Below the pieces are notes generated by a model. It saw only the letters and a program-made list of their open reading frames with translations, did not search any database and was not told where the DNA came from. Made by a program: the position numbers and the translations under genes. This document shows positions 54,875-64,000 of a stretch of DNA of 64,000 nt, one piece after another. Numbering within the stretch: position 1 is the first letter of the stretch; each line of letters begins with the position of its first letter. The stretch comes from an uncultured Actinomycetota bacterium. Lineage in GTDB: Bacteria; Actinomycetota; Actinomycetes; Mycobacteriales; CADCTP01. The stretch spans positions 1,250,723-1,314,722 of the forward strand of contig CAVSMA010000002.1 of NCBI GenBank assembly GCA_963728945.1, read 5' to 3'.

Positions 54875-55267
54875 TCAGACGCGGGCCCAGCGGCCGGCGC
54901 CGGGGATCCAGGACAGCCCGTCGATCGCCTGCCGGACCGCGTCGATCTGGCGCTGCAGCTCGACCAGCCGGATGCCCTGCTGCTCGTATGCGGCCATCGC
55001 CTCCTCGACGACGTCCGGCGGCAGCGCGGCCGGGCCGCGGCCGGCGTCCCGGCGCAGCGTCCGCCAGCCCTCCCTGGTCGCCTCCAGGCTGGCGGCGGTC
55101 TCGCCGGCGGCCAGCCGGGCGAGCAGCACCGGGTAGCGGCGCAGCACGTCGTGCCCGCGCCAGTCCCCCGGCACCTGGTCCAGCAGCCAGGACACCGCGG
55201 ACAGCTCCCAGTCCGGGGTGCCGGGCCGGTGCACGTCCGCCGGCCACCAGGGCGGCACCTCGGTCAT
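54875..55267 (-). CDS. hypothetical protein (130 aa)
   Basis: ATGA overlap with the upstream methyltransferase stop and high GC3. Starts MTEVPPWWPADVHRPGTPDWE. No family recognised. Confidence 0.5.
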   Translation of the reverse strand: MTEVPPWWPADVHRPGTPDWELSAVSWLLDQVPGDWRGHDVLRRYPVLLARLAAGETAASLEATREGWRTLRRDAGRGPAALPPDVVEEAMAAYEQQGIRLVELQRQIDAVRQAIDGLSWIPGAGRWARV

Positions 55268-56544
55268 GCCGGTTCCAGCAGCGCCACGGTCTCGACGTGC
55301 TGGGTCATCGGGAAGCAGTCGAACGCGCGGAGCCGGGCCAGCCGCCAGCCGGCGTCCACCGCGGCGCGCAGGTCCCGGGCCAGCGACGCCGGGTCGCAGG
55401 ACACGTACGCGACCGCGCGCGGGCGCAGCGCCAGCAGCGCGGTCAGCACCTCCGGACCGGCGCCGGCGCGTGGCGGGTCCAGCACCGCCACGTCCGGGAC
55501 GATTCCCACCCCGCCGAGCAACCCGGCGCTCACCCGCCCGGTCCGCACCTCCACCGCGGCCCCACCATCCGCGGCGGCGAGGTTGGCGCGCGCGTCGGCG
55601 GCGGCCTGCGGGTCGGCCTCGACGGCGAGCACGTGGCCGGACGGGCCGACCGCGGCGGCGAGCACGCCGGCGAAGAGCCCGGCACCGGCGTACAGGTCGA
55701 GCGCGGTCTCCCCCGGCGCCGGCCCGAGGAAGTCGAGCACGCAGGCCGAGAGCGCGTCCGCGGCGGCGGGGTGCACCTGCCAGAAGCCGGTGGCGGCCAG
55801 CTCCCAGTCCCGGCCGCCGGCATGCTCGCGGACCCGCGGCGGTCCCGCCAGCACGCTCCCGCCGGCCGGCGCCCGCGGGTCGTCGCCGGCCGCCGCGGCC
55901 AGCACGACCGTCGGCCCTGGCCCCACCACCTCGATCTCCGCCCCCGGCGGCCAGTCCCGGTCGGCGGTGGCCGCGCTGACCGCGTCCGTCCCGAGTGGAC
56001 AGTGCCCGACCGGCTCCAGCTCGTGCGAGCGGTGCCGGCGCAGCGCGGTCCGACCGGCGGGGTCGATCGCGTACCGGACCCGGGTGCGCCAGCCGAGCAG
56101 CCCGCCCGGCAACGCCTCCACGGTGACCGGGACGTCCGGCAGCCCGGCCAACCGGGCCAGCTGCTCCCGGACCACGGCCGCCTTGAGCGCCCGCTGCGCG
56201 TCGGCGCTCGCGTGCTGCCAGTCGCAGCCGCCGCACCGGCCCGGCCCGGCGTGCGGGCAGGGTGGCTCGACCCGGTCGGCCGACGCGGCCAGCACCCGCA
56301 CCGCGTCGGCCCGGCAGAACCCGCCGCCGCGGTCCTCGGTGACGAGCGCGACCACCCGCTCGCCGGCCAGCGCGTGCCGGACGAACACGACCCTGCCCTC
56401 GTGCCGGGCCACGCAGTGCCCACCCGGCGCGACCGGACCCACGTCGAGCTCGATCTCCCGGCCGAGCCACGGTCCGGTGCGGGCCGGGCGGGCCGCGCCG
56501 CGCCGGCCCCGCCGGGCCGCGGCGGGCGCCCTGCTCACCGCCAC
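55264..56544 (-). CDS. TrmA/RlmD-family SAM-dependent RNA (uracil-5)-methyltransferase
   Basis: TRAM-like N-terminus. Cys cluster CPHAGPGRCGGCDWQH. SAM motif LDLYAGAGLF. C-terminal block YVSCDPASLARDL. The start is uncertain (GTG 56544 proposed). Confidence 0.8.
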   Translation of the reverse strand: MAVSRAPAAARRGRRGAARPARTGPWLGREIELDVGPVAPGGHCVARHEGRVVFVRHALAGERVVALVTEDRGGGFCRADAVRVLAASADRVEPPCPHAGPGRCGGCDWQHASADAQRALKAAVVREQLARLAGLPDVPVTVEALPGGLLGWRTRVRYAIDPAGRTALRRHRSHELEPVGHCPLGTDAVSAATADRDWPPGAEIEVVGPGPTVVLAAAAGDDPRAPAGGSVLAGPPRVREHAGGRDWELAATGFWQVHPAAADALSACVLDFLGPAPGETALDLYAGAGLFAGVLAAAVGPSGHVLAVEADPQAAADARANLAAADGGAAVEVRTGRVSAGLLGGVGIVPDVAVLDPPRAGAGPEVLTALLALRPRAVAYVSCDPASLARDLRAAVDAGWRLARLRAFDCFPMTQHVETVALLEPA

Positions 56545-56557
56545 TCCCCGGGCCTGG

Positions 56558-58711
56558 TCACGGGTGCCGGGTCGGGTCGGCGCCGGCGCGCGCCTCCGGC
56601 CGGCCGCCGCCGGGCCCGTCGGGCCGGTCGGCGACCGCATCCGGCCGGCCCGCGGTCGACCGGGCCACCCCGGGTGCCGGCGGCGCGGGCGGCTCGTCGG
56701 TCGAGGTGAACGCCCGGTCGTCCAGTCCGCGCCGGGCCGCCCCGGGCTGCGCCCGCTCGGGCCGCCGGGCCGCCCGGTCGGACGACTCCAGCTGCCACGG
56801 CACGGAGGTCACCATGACGCCCGGCGTGAACAGCAGCCGCCCCTTCAGCCGCAGCGCGCTCTGGTTGTGCAGCAGGTGCTCCCACCAGCGCCCGACCACG
56901 TATTCCGGCACGAACACGGCGACCACGTCCCGCGGTGACTCCCGCCGCGCGCGCTTGACGTAGTCGAGCACCGGCCGGGTGATCTCCCGGTACGGCGACT
57001 CGACGACCGTCAGCGGCAGCTTCACCGACCGCCGGTCCCACTCGGCCTGCAGCGCCCGGGTCTCCTCGTCGTCCACGTTGACGGTCAGTGCGGTGAGCGT
57101 GTCGGGCCGGGTCGCCTTCGCGTATGCCAGCGCCCGCAGCGTCGGCTTGTGCAGCTTGGAGACGAGCACGATCGCGTGCACCCGGCTCGGCAGCATGCCG
57201 CGCTCGTCGTCCGGCTCCAGCTCCTCGGCGACCCGGGTGTAGTGCCGGTTGATCGACTTCATCGTCCAGAAGATCAGCGGCATCGCGATGACCACGATCC
57301 AGGCACCGAGCAGGAACTTCTCCAGCAGCACGATGATCAGGACCAGGCCGGTCACCGTGCCGCCGGTCGCGTTGATCACCCGGGACCGGAAGATCCGCCG
57401 CCGCGCCTCCGGGTCCTGCTCGGTGCGCAGCGTCCGGTTCCAGTGCCGGACCATGCCGAGCTGTCCCAGCGTGAACGAGGTGAACACGCCGATGATGTAG
57501 AGCTGGATCAGCCGGGTGACCGACGCGTCGAAGACCCAGATCAGCAGCATCGCGAAGCCGGCCAGCACGATGATGCCGTTGGAGAACGCCAGCCGGTCGC
57601 CGCGGGTGTGCAGCTGCCGCGGCAGGTAGCGGTCCTGGGCCAGCACCGCGCCGAGCAGCGGGAACCCGTTGAACGCCGTGTTGGCGGCCAGGACCAGGAT
57701 CAGCGCCGACGCGGCCTGGATGTAGTAGAAGCCGACCGAGTGGTCGCCGCCGAAGATCGCGGCGCCGAGCTGGGCGATGACCGTGCGCTGCGGATCCGTC
57801 TCGCAGTTGCCCGGGAACCCGATCAGGTCGCAGGTGTTCTGGGCCACGTGCACCTTCGTGACCAGGGCGAGCGCCGTGATCCCGGCGAACATGGTGATCG
57901 CGAGGACGCCGAGCATCGCCAGCGTGGCGGCCGCGTTGCGGCTCTTCGGCGGCCGGAACGCGGGCACGCCGTTGGCGATCGCCTCGATGCCGGTCAGCGC
58001 CGTACAGCCAGAGGAGAACGCGCGCAGCGCGAAGAACAGCAACGCCAGGCCGGCGAGGTTGGTGTGGCCGGACTCGGGCTCGATGGACCAGGAGGCGCTC
58101 TCCGCCTGTGGCGTGTCGCCGAACACCATGCGGATCAGCCCGGTGACGATCAGCAGCAGCACGCCCACCGTGAACGCGTACGTCGGGATGGCGAACGCGG
58201 TGCCCGACTCCCGCACACCGCGCAGGTTGGCCGCCGCGAGCAGCGCGACCAGGCCCAGCGCGAGCCAGACCCGGACCGGGTTGAGGTCCGGGAACGCCGA
58301 GATGATGTTGTCCACGCCGGCGGAGACCGACACCGCGACCGTGAGCACGTAGTCGACCAGCAGCGCGCTGGCCACCGTGAGCCCGGCGACCCGGCCCAGG
58401 TTCGTCGTCGCGACCTCGTAGTCCCCGCCGCCGGACGGGTACGCCCGGACCACCTGCCGGTACGAGGCCACCACGATCGCGAACAGCAGCACGATGCCCG
58501 TCGCCACCCACGGTGCGACGAACAGGTATGCGGTGCCGGCGACGGTGAGCACGAGCAGGATCTCCTGCGTCGCGTACGTCACCGAGGACAGCGCGTCGCT
58601 GGCGAAAATGGGCAGCGCGATCCGCTTCGACAGCGCGGTCTCGGCCAGCCGCTCGCTGCTGACCGGTCGCCCGATCACCAGCCGCTTGGCGACCCTCGTC
58701 AGCAGCGACAC
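56558..58711 (-). CDS. APC-superfamily permease with a large cytoplasmic C-terminal domain
   Basis: GTG 58711, 717 aa. About 12 TM segments (ALPIFASDALSSVTYATQEIL...), then about 250 soluble residues (VHAIVLVSKLHKPTLRALAYA...VVESPYREI...). Confidence 0.8.
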   Translation of the reverse strand: MSLLTRVAKRLVIGRPVSSERLAETALSKRIALPIFASDALSSVTYATQEILLVLTVAGTAYLFVAPWVATGIVLLFAIVVASYRQVVRAYPSGGGDYEVATTNLGRVAGLTVASALLVDYVLTVAVSVSAGVDNIISAFPDLNPVRVWLALGLVALLAAANLRGVRESGTAFAIPTYAFTVGVLLLIVTGLIRMVFGDTPQAESASWSIEPESGHTNLAGLALLFFALRAFSSGCTALTGIEAIANGVPAFRPPKSRNAAATLAMLGVLAITMFAGITALALVTKVHVAQNTCDLIGFPGNCETDPQRTVIAQLGAAIFGGDHSVGFYYIQAASALILVLAANTAFNGFPLLGAVLAQDRYLPRQLHTRGDRLAFSNGIIVLAGFAMLLIWVFDASVTRLIQLYIIGVFTSFTLGQLGMVRHWNRTLRTEQDPEARRRIFRSRVINATGGTVTGLVLIIVLLEKFLLGAWIVVIAMPLIFWTMKSINRHYTRVAEELEPDDERGMLPSRVHAIVLVSKLHKPTLRALAYAKATRPDTLTALTVNVDDEETRALQAEWDRRSVKLPLTVVESPYREITRPVLDYVKRARRESPRDVVAVFVPEYVVGRWWEHLLHNQSALRLKGRLLFTPGVMVTSVPWQLESSDRAARRPERAQPGAARRGLDDRAFTSTDEPPAPPAPGVARSTAGRPDAVADRPDGPGGGRPEARAGADPTRHP

Positions 58712-58795
58712 GCACCCAGCGTACGGTCCGCTCGGCCGGGTGCCAGGGGGTGGCCGGGGCGATTCGGGACGGTCGGGTCGCGGTACCTTCCGGGC

Positions 58796-59464
58796 GTGCA
58801 CATCGTCGTGATGGGCTGCGGCCGGGTCGGCTCCAGCCTCGCCCGCAATCTCGAGCGGGTCGGGCATTCGGTGGCGATCATCGACCAGAATCCGGCGGCG
58901 TTCCGCCGGCTCGGCCCCGAGTTCGCCGGCGAGCAGGTGACCGGGGTCGGCTTCTCCCGGGACACGCTGCACCGGGCCGGCATCGACCGGGCCGGCGCGT
59001 TCGCGGCGGTGAGCAGCGGCGACAACTCGAACATCATCTCCGCCCGGGTGGCCCGCGAGACGTTCGGCGTCGCGCACGTCGTCGCCCGCATCTACGACCC
59101 GAAGCGGGCCGAGGTGTACGAGCGGCTCGGCATCCCCACCGTGGCCACGGTGCCGTGGACGGTGAACCGGTTCCTGTCCGTGCTGCTCGGCGACAAGCAC
59201 GTCGAGGACTGGCGTGACCCGTCCGGAGCGGTGTCGCTGGTCCAGGTCCCGCTGCACGAGGGCTGGATCGGCCAGAAGGTGCGGGCGCTGGAGGCCGCGT
59301 CCGACGCCAGGGTCGCGTTCCTCACCCGGTTCGGCCGGGGCATGCTGCCGACCGGCTCCACCATGCTGCAGGACGGCGACCAGGTGCACCTGCTGGTCAC
59401 CGACGACATCGCGGACGCCGTCGAGGAGATCACCGGCAGCGCGCCGCGGACGGAGGGGCACTGA
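58796..59464 (+). CDS. TrkA-family potassium uptake regulatory protein (RCK N + C)
   Basis: GTG 58796 opens VHIVVMGCGRVGSSLARNL. 222 aa. Confidence 0.85.
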   Translation: MHIVVMGCGRVGSSLARNLERVGHSVAIIDQNPAAFRRLGPEFAGEQVTGVGFSRDTLHRAGIDRAGAFAAVSSGDNSNIISARVARETFGVAHVVARIYDPKRAEVYERLGIPTVATVPWTVNRFLSVLLGDKHVEDWRDPSGAVSLVQVPLHEGWIGQKVRALEAASDARVAFLTRFGRGMLPTGSTMLQDGDQVHLLVTDDIADAVEEITGSAPRTEGH

Positions 59465-60132
59465 TGCGGGTCGCCATCGCCGGGGCCGGCGGCGTCGGCC
59501 GGTCCATCGCCCGCGAGCTGATCGAGCACGAGCACGACGTGATGCTCATCGAGCGTGACCCGGAGAAGGTCGACCCGGGGCGGGTGCCGCAGGCGGAGTG
59601 GCTGCAGGCCGACGCGGCCGAGCTCGCCTCGCTGGAGGAGGCCCGGCTGCAGGACTGCGACGTGGTGATCTCGGCCACCGGTGACGACAAGGTCAACCTG
59701 GTCGTCTCGCTGCTGGCGAAGACCGAGTTCGCGGTGGTCCGGGTGGTGGCCCGGATCAACCACCCGGACAACGAGTGGCTGTTCACCGAGGCCTGGGGCG
59801 TCGACGTCGCGGTGTCGACCCCCCGGGTGATGGTGGCGCTGGTCGAGGAGGCCGTCTCGGTCGGCGACCTGGTGCGGCTGATGACGTTCCGGCAGGGCCA
59901 GGCCAACCTGGTCGAGATCACCCTGCCGACGGGCGCGCCGGTGATCGGGCAGCCGGTCGCGGACATGCGGCTGCCGCGGGACTCGGCGCTGACCGCGATC
60001 GTGCGCGGCGCGCGGGTGGTGATCCCGTCTCCGGACGAACCGCTGGAGGAGGGCGACGAGCTGCTGTTCGTGGCCGTCCAGGACGCCGAGCCCGAGCTGC
60101 GCCGGCTGGTCTGCGGCGACGGCAGCTGCTGA
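59464..60132 (+). CDS. TrkA-family potassium uptake regulatory protein (second copy)
   Basis: TGATG overlap with the first copy. Starts MRVAIAGAGGVGRSIAREL. 222 aa. Confidence 0.85.
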   Translation: MRVAIAGAGGVGRSIARELIEHEHDVMLIERDPEKVDPGRVPQAEWLQADAAELASLEEARLQDCDVVISATGDDKVNLVVSLLAKTEFAVVRVVARINHPDNEWLFTEAWGVDVAVSTPRVMVALVEEAVSVGDLVRLMTFRQGQANLVEITLPTGAPVIGQPVADMRLPRDSALTAIVRGARVVIPSPDEPLEEGDELLFVAVQDAEPELRRLVCGDGSC

Positions 60133-60135
60133 GCC

Positions 60136-60843
60136 TCAGCCCTCCGGGCGCAGCCGCAGCCGCTCGGCCACCACGTCCTCGGGCGTGGTGTCCTGATGCT
60201 CGGACTTGCGCACCCGCCGCACGGCGAGCACCGAGACCGCGAGCGCCCCGATCGTGACCGGGTAGCCCATCGCCAGCCGGGCGAACGCCAGCCAGCCGGT
60301 CAGGTCCTGGTCGTACAGGTAGCGCTGGACCAGGCCGCGGGCCAGGAAGACCAGCACCCACAGCAGCGTGCACAGCAGGTAGACCCGCATCAGCGGGCGG
60401 TCCTTGCGCCACGCCGTGCCGATGCCGCGGCCGTCGGCGTACTCCCAGATCAGCCCGACCAGCGGCCAGCGGGCCAGCAGCGAGACCAGGAAGACCCCCG
60501 CGTAGAGGAAGCTGGCCCAGATGCCGAACAGGAAGTAGCCCTTGGCCTCACCGGTGCGGTTCGCGATGAACGCGGCGATGAGGACGCCGAAGAAGCCGCT
60601 CATCGCCTGCTGCACGGTCTGCCTGCGAACCAGCCGGATCGCGACCAGCACGACGCCGGCGCCGATCGCGGCCCAGATCGCGGCGCGCAGTCCCGCGACG
60701 GCGTTGGCGAGGACGAACACGATCACCGGCAGGGCACTGTCGAGCAGGCCGCGCCAGCCGCCGATCGACTCGACCAGCATCGGCTTGGGAGTCGGCTGGG
60801 TGGGCTGGTCCGCCGGGCGCTGGTCGTCGGCGGCGTCGGTCAC
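60136..60843 (-). CDS. DUF3159 membrane protein
   Basis: GTG 60843 (GTGA overlap). 235 aa, about 6 TM segments. Block GGWRGLLDSALPVIVFVLAN. Confidence 0.75.
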   Translation of the reverse strand: MTDAADDQRPADQPTQPTPKPMLVESIGGWRGLLDSALPVIVFVLANAVAGLRAAIWAAIGAGVVLVAIRLVRRQTVQQAMSGFFGVLIAAFIANRTGEAKGYFLFGIWASFLYAGVFLVSLLARWPLVGLIWEYADGRGIGTAWRKDRPLMRVYLLCTLLWVLVFLARGLVQRYLYDQDLTGWLAFARLAMGYPVTIGALAVSVLAVRRVRKSEHQDTTPEDVVAERLRLRPEG

Positions 60844-61250
60844 GCACTCACCGACTTCAGCTCGTACCAGGGGTTGAAGATCACCTTGACGCCGGCGTGC
60901 TCGGAGATGCGCCCGCGGGCGAGCAGCTGCCGACCCGGCTCGATGCCGGGGATGCGGCTGCGGCCGAGCCAGACCAGGTGCACCGACCCGGTGCCGTCGA
61001 ACAGCTCTGCGTCCACGGTCGGCACGGTATCCCGCGGGGTGTAGACGACCGAGCGGAGCCTGCCGGTCACGGTCACCGGCTCGCCCTGGCAACAGGTCGC
61101 GACCGGGCGCGAACCCGCCTTCTGCACGTCCTCGCGCAGGTCGGCGGCGTCGAGCTCCTGCTCGTCCTCGGTCAGGCGCGCGACGACCCGGGTCAACCAG
61201 CCACGGCGGGCCGGCGTGGGTGTCTCGCTCATAATCCCAATGTAGGTCAT
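60840..61250 (-). CDS. OB-fold nucleic-acid-binding domain protein
   Basis: 136 aa. Blocks VTVTGRLRSV, LFDGTGSVHLVWLGR and VIFNPWYEL. Confidence 0.7.
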   Translation of the reverse strand: MTYIGIMSETPTPARRGWLTRVVARLTEDEQELDAADLREDVQKAGSRPVATCCQGEPVTVTGRLRSVVYTPRDTVPTVDAELFDGTGSVHLVWLGRSRIPGIEPGRQLLARGRISEHAGVKVIFNPWYELKSVSA

Positions 61251-61313
61251 CCGGGCGACTCCGCAGCCGTGCTCTTTGCCGTAGTGAGACCGGCCAGCGG
61301 CAAGATTTCCGGT

Positions 61314-62084
61314 GTGGATCAGGTCGCGGTGGTGTTACCGGGGGCCGGGTCGTCGGCCGAGTTCGTCCGGCGGGCGTTCGCGCGGCCGCTGCGGGAGGCG
61401 GGGTACGCGCTGGTCGCGCCCGCTCCGGTGCCAGGGCCGGACCTGGTCGCGGCCTCGTTCCGGGCGCTCGACGCGGCGGCGGCCGAGTACGGGCCGCGGC
61501 TGCGGTTGGTCGGTGGTGTCTCGCTGGGCGCGCACACGGCCGTCCGCTGGACCGCCGCCCGCTGCACCGCCGGCCACGCCGCCCCCGCCCGCACCGCCGC
61601 GGACCGGGCCGCGCCGGCGGCGGCCGCATCGGCCGCGTACTCCGGGCTGGACGGCCTGGTCCTGGTGCTGCCGGCGTGGACCGGCGCTCCCGGCGCCGTG
61701 GCGGGGGCAACGGCCGCGTCGGCCGACCTGGTCGAGCAGCTCGGGACCGCGGCGGCGCTCGCCGCGGCCGGGACCGCGGTCGGCTGGGTGGCGGCGGAGC
61801 TCGCCGCGGCCTGGCCGGCGTACGGGGACGGGCTGGCGGCGAGCCTGCGCGCGGCCGCGGCGGCGCCGGGGCCGACCCTCGCCGAGCTGGCGGCGCTGCC
61901 GGTGCCGGCCGGCCTGGTCACGTTCGCCGACGACCCGCTGCACCCGACCGCGGTCGCGCACGAGTGGGCCGCGGCGATGCCCCGCGCCGCGGTCCGCGAG
62001 CTCCCGCTCGTCGCCCCGGCCGCCGACCGCTCGATCCTCGCCACCACCGCCCTCGCCGCCCTCGCCGCGGCCAGGGCCGGCTGA
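61314..62084 (+). CDS. Ala-rich alpha/beta-hydrolase-like hypothetical protein
   Basis: GTG 61314 opens VDQVAVVLPGAGSS. Block GGVSLGAH. The assignment is weak because of low-complexity Ala-rich sequence. Confidence 0.5.
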   Translation: MDQVAVVLPGAGSSAEFVRRAFARPLREAGYALVAPAPVPGPDLVAASFRALDAAAAEYGPRLRLVGGVSLGAHTAVRWTAARCTAGHAAPARTAADRAAPAAAASAAYSGLDGLVLVLPAWTGAPGAVAGATAASADLVEQLGTAAALAAAGTAVGWVAAELAAAWPAYGDGLAASLRAAAAAPGPTLAELAALPVPAGLVTFADDPLHPTAVAHEWAAAMPRAAVRELPLVAPAADRSILATTALAALAAARAG

Positions 62085-62093
62085 CGACCCGGG

Positions 62094-62837
62094 TCAGCGA
62101 CGGCGGCGGCGGGGGTTGGGGCGGGCGGGGACGGCGTCCTCCTCGGCCGGGCCGAGGTCGGCCGGCTCCTCCTCGTCCGGTTCCTCGACCGCCGCGTGCG
62201 CCCCCTGCGCCTGTTCGGCCTGTTCCTGGACCTCCGGCGGCAGGGTCAGCGGGAGCGGCTCCCGCACCGGCATCGGCGACGTCCCGCGCACGACGACGAT
62301 GTTGCGGACCGCGTCCTCCAGCACCGCAGCCTTCGCCGGGTCCGCCGCGGCCGGTCCGCTGAACAGCCCGCGCAGGAACCAGCGCGGCCCGTCGACCCCG
62401 ATGAACCGCACGCTCTGGTATCCGCCCTGCACCGGGATCCGCCCGCTCAGCTCGGTGCCGAACCGGCCCGAGCTCTCCTGTGCCTTGCCGCCCTGCTGGA
62501 CGATCGACGCGTTGATCTCCTTGCGCACCTCGGCCCAGATCCCCGCGGTCCGCGGCGCGGCGAACACGCCGATCTGCGCCTCGCTCCCCCCGTACGACAG
62601 GGTCGCCGCGATGACCTGCCCGTCCGGCCCGACGTCGACGCGCACCTCGACCCCGCGCATCACCGGCACCAGCAGCGCGCCGAGGTCGAGCCGCTCCAGC
62701 CCGTCGTCCGGCGCGTCGTCCTGGTCGTACGGCCCGGTGGTGACCTCGGTGTCGCGCTCCCGGTCGGTCGACCACGGCGGGGTGGCGTCGATCTTCTGCC
62801 GCTCCGAGCGGTGCCGCCGCCGACCCAGGGCCATCAC
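62094..62837 (-). CDS. DUF3710 domain protein
   Basis: 247 aa. Blocks GPYDQDDAPDD, LDLGALLVP and RFIGVDGPRWFLRG. Acidic/basic tail. Confidence 0.75.
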   Translation of the reverse strand: MMALGRRRHRSERQKIDATPPWSTDRERDTEVTTGPYDQDDAPDDGLERLDLGALLVPVMRGVEVRVDVGPDGQVIAATLSYGGSEAQIGVFAAPRTAGIWAEVRKEINASIVQQGGKAQESSGRFGTELSGRIPVQGGYQSVRFIGVDGPRWFLRGLFSGPAAADPAKAAVLEDAVRNIVVVRGTSPMPVREPLPLTLPPEVQEQAEQAQGAHAAVEEPDEEEPADLGPAEEDAVPARPNPRRRRR

Positions 62838-63328
62838 GCACCCCCCACGAGCTGTGCGTGGCCGCCGGTGGACCCGTGCCCGCCGGCCCCACGCTCGGAC
62901 TCGGGCAGCGCCTCCACGGGGGTGAACACGGCCCGCTCCACCTTCTGCAGCACCAGTTGCGCGATCCGGTCACCGCGAGTCAGCTTCAGCGGCGCGACCG
63001 GATCGTGGTTGATGACGATGACCTTGACCTCGCCGCGGTAGCCGGCGTCGACCGTGCCGGGCGCGTTCACCAGCGACATGCCGCAGCGGGCGGCCAGCCC
63101 GGACCGTGGGTGCACGAACACCGCATACCCCTCCGGCAGGGCGAGCGCCAGCCCGGTCGGCAGCACCGCCCGCTCCCCCGGCGCGAGCTCGGCGTCCACG
63201 GTGGTCACGACGTCGGCACCGGCATCGCCGGGCAGCGCGTACGCCGGGAGCGGGACGCCCGGATCGAGGCGCTGGACGAGGACCTCCACCGGCGCGGCCG
63301 GCGCCGGCTCGACATGGGATGGCGGCAC
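62834..63328 (-). CDS. dut: dUTP diphosphatase
   Basis: Blocks GDAGADV, VHPRSGLA, GTVDAGYRGEV and the C-terminal RGAGGHGSTGG. Confidence 0.9.
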   Translation of the reverse strand: MPPSHVEPAPAAPVEVLVQRLDPGVPLPAYALPGDAGADVVTTVDAELAPGERAVLPTGLALALPEGYAVFVHPRSGLAARCGMSLVNAPGTVDAGYRGEVKVIVINHDPVAPLKLTRGDRIAQLVLQKVERAVFTPVEALPESERGAGGHGSTGGHAQLVGGA

Positions 63329-63365
63329 AGCGCGCAGGTTACCCCGGGCGGTGTCACGCCGATGA

Positions 63366-64000
63366 TCAGCGTCGGCCGCGCAGCTGGGCGGTGACCTTCT
63401 CGCCGAGCGACCGGGTCACCCGGCGGTTGACGACGCCGCCGGCGACGGCGCCCGCGAGGAACGGTGCCAGCTTCGTCATGCTCCGTCCGGCCCGGCGCAT
63501 GAGCATGGTGCGCAGCTCGCTCTTGGCGGCGGCGCCGATGATCGCCGACAGGCCGGCCGCGCCGACCTTCGGGTCGAGCGCACGCTGGCGCACCCAGCTC
63601 ATCAGGTAGGCCGAGCCGCGCTGGGCACCGGTGCCGTACGCCGGCCGGCCCATCAGCTCGTGCAGCTCGGCGAGCATCTTGATCTCGACCGCGGCCACCG
63701 CCAGCGTCTCCGCCGCCAGCTGGACCGGCGCGGCGACCAGGGTGGGTGGCGCGGTGAACTCCACGGCCGCCAGCGCACCGACGGCGGCACCGAAGGCGGC
63801 CGTGGTGCGGGCGGCATTGCGGACCAGCACCGCCGCGATCTCGTCGTCGGACAGGCCGGGATGGTGGACCCGCAGCGTCGCCGCGTCCCGGATCCGCAGT
63901 CTCGTTGCGGCATCCGCGAGCACGTCGGCGAGCAGCGAGCCGGCGCCGCGCAGCCCGTGGCCGGTGGCGCCCTTGGCGGCACCGGCGAGCCCTCGGGTCA
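63366..64000 (-). CDS. hypothetical protein (5' end probably beyond the window)
   Basis: The frame stays open from 63366 to the window edge. The track start (GTG 63923) is only one option. Ala/Gly-rich with hydrophobic stretches; no family recognised. Confidence 0.45.
   Translation of the reverse strand, partial: TRGLAGAAKGATGHGLRGAGSLLADVLADAATRLRIRDAATLRVHHPGLSDDEIAAVLVRNAARTTAAFGAAVGALAAVEFTAPPTLVAAPVQLAAETLAVAAVEIKMLAELHELMGRPAYGTGAQRGSAYLMSWVRQRALDPKVGAAGLSAIIGAAAKSELRTMLMRRAGRSMTKLAPFLAGAVAGGVVNRRVTRSLGEKVTAQLRGRR

Noticed and set aside
53005-56709. 1234-aa plus-strand ORF
   Set aside because: Out of frame with the PotC-like and amidase genes and antisense to the methyltransferase. 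No motifs. Shadow ORF.
1-64000. Prophage, integrative element, IS element, tRNA or rRNA genes
   Set aside because: I saw no integrase, transposase, phage structural or tRNA-like sequences in any intergenic gap over 60 bp. The lower-GC patches are short promoter or leader regions.

Overview
High-GC (about 70-75% by eye) actinobacterial chromosomal segment. It is densely packed with about 57 protein-coding genes, and many adjacent genes overlap at start/stop codons (ATGA, GTGA, TGATG). I recognised no rRNA, tRNA, CRISPR array, transposase, integrase or phage gene. The backbone is conserved housekeeping synteny: chdC/hemQ-hemY, hemE, DUF3000, RNase D, then RNA methyltransferase, APC-type permease, two TrkA genes, DUF3159, OB-fold, DUF3710 and dut. 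From memory this parallels M. tuberculosis Rv2676c-Rv2697c. Accessory modules interrupt it: (a) treZ plus a protease/inhibitor cluster (S53 peptidase, SppA, cytoplasmic serpin); (b) LigC and a separate LigD-type primase-polymerase with a secreted ExeM/NucH nuclease; (c) an acyl-CoA ligase / acyltransferase_3 / MFS / PHB-depolymerase-type esterase cluster; (d) an orphan ABC ATPase with a 410-aa membrane protein; (e) a signalling module of small signal-peptide ORF + polytopic GAF-like membrane protein + loop-less HisKA_3 kinase + divergent NarL regulator; (f) fadA-fadB; (g) an OmpR-type two-component system with a Pro/Thr-linker membrane-anchored protein; (h) a xylFGH-like sugar ABC operon with a ROK regulator; (i) a polyamine-type ABC operon followed by a formamidase/acetamidase. 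Two genes look decayed: a PPK2 with an internal out-of-frame deletion, and a 5'-truncated, frameshifted asparagine-synthase remnant. Unexplained non-coding structure includes a 520-bp intergenic region with direct repeats and a 175-bp palindromic element, a 65-bp x2 tandem repeat, a 29-bp x2 tandem duplication and an in-frame 15-nt coding repeat. The best candidate for something undescribed is module (e), but all functional readings are inferred from motifs read by eye; no searches were run.
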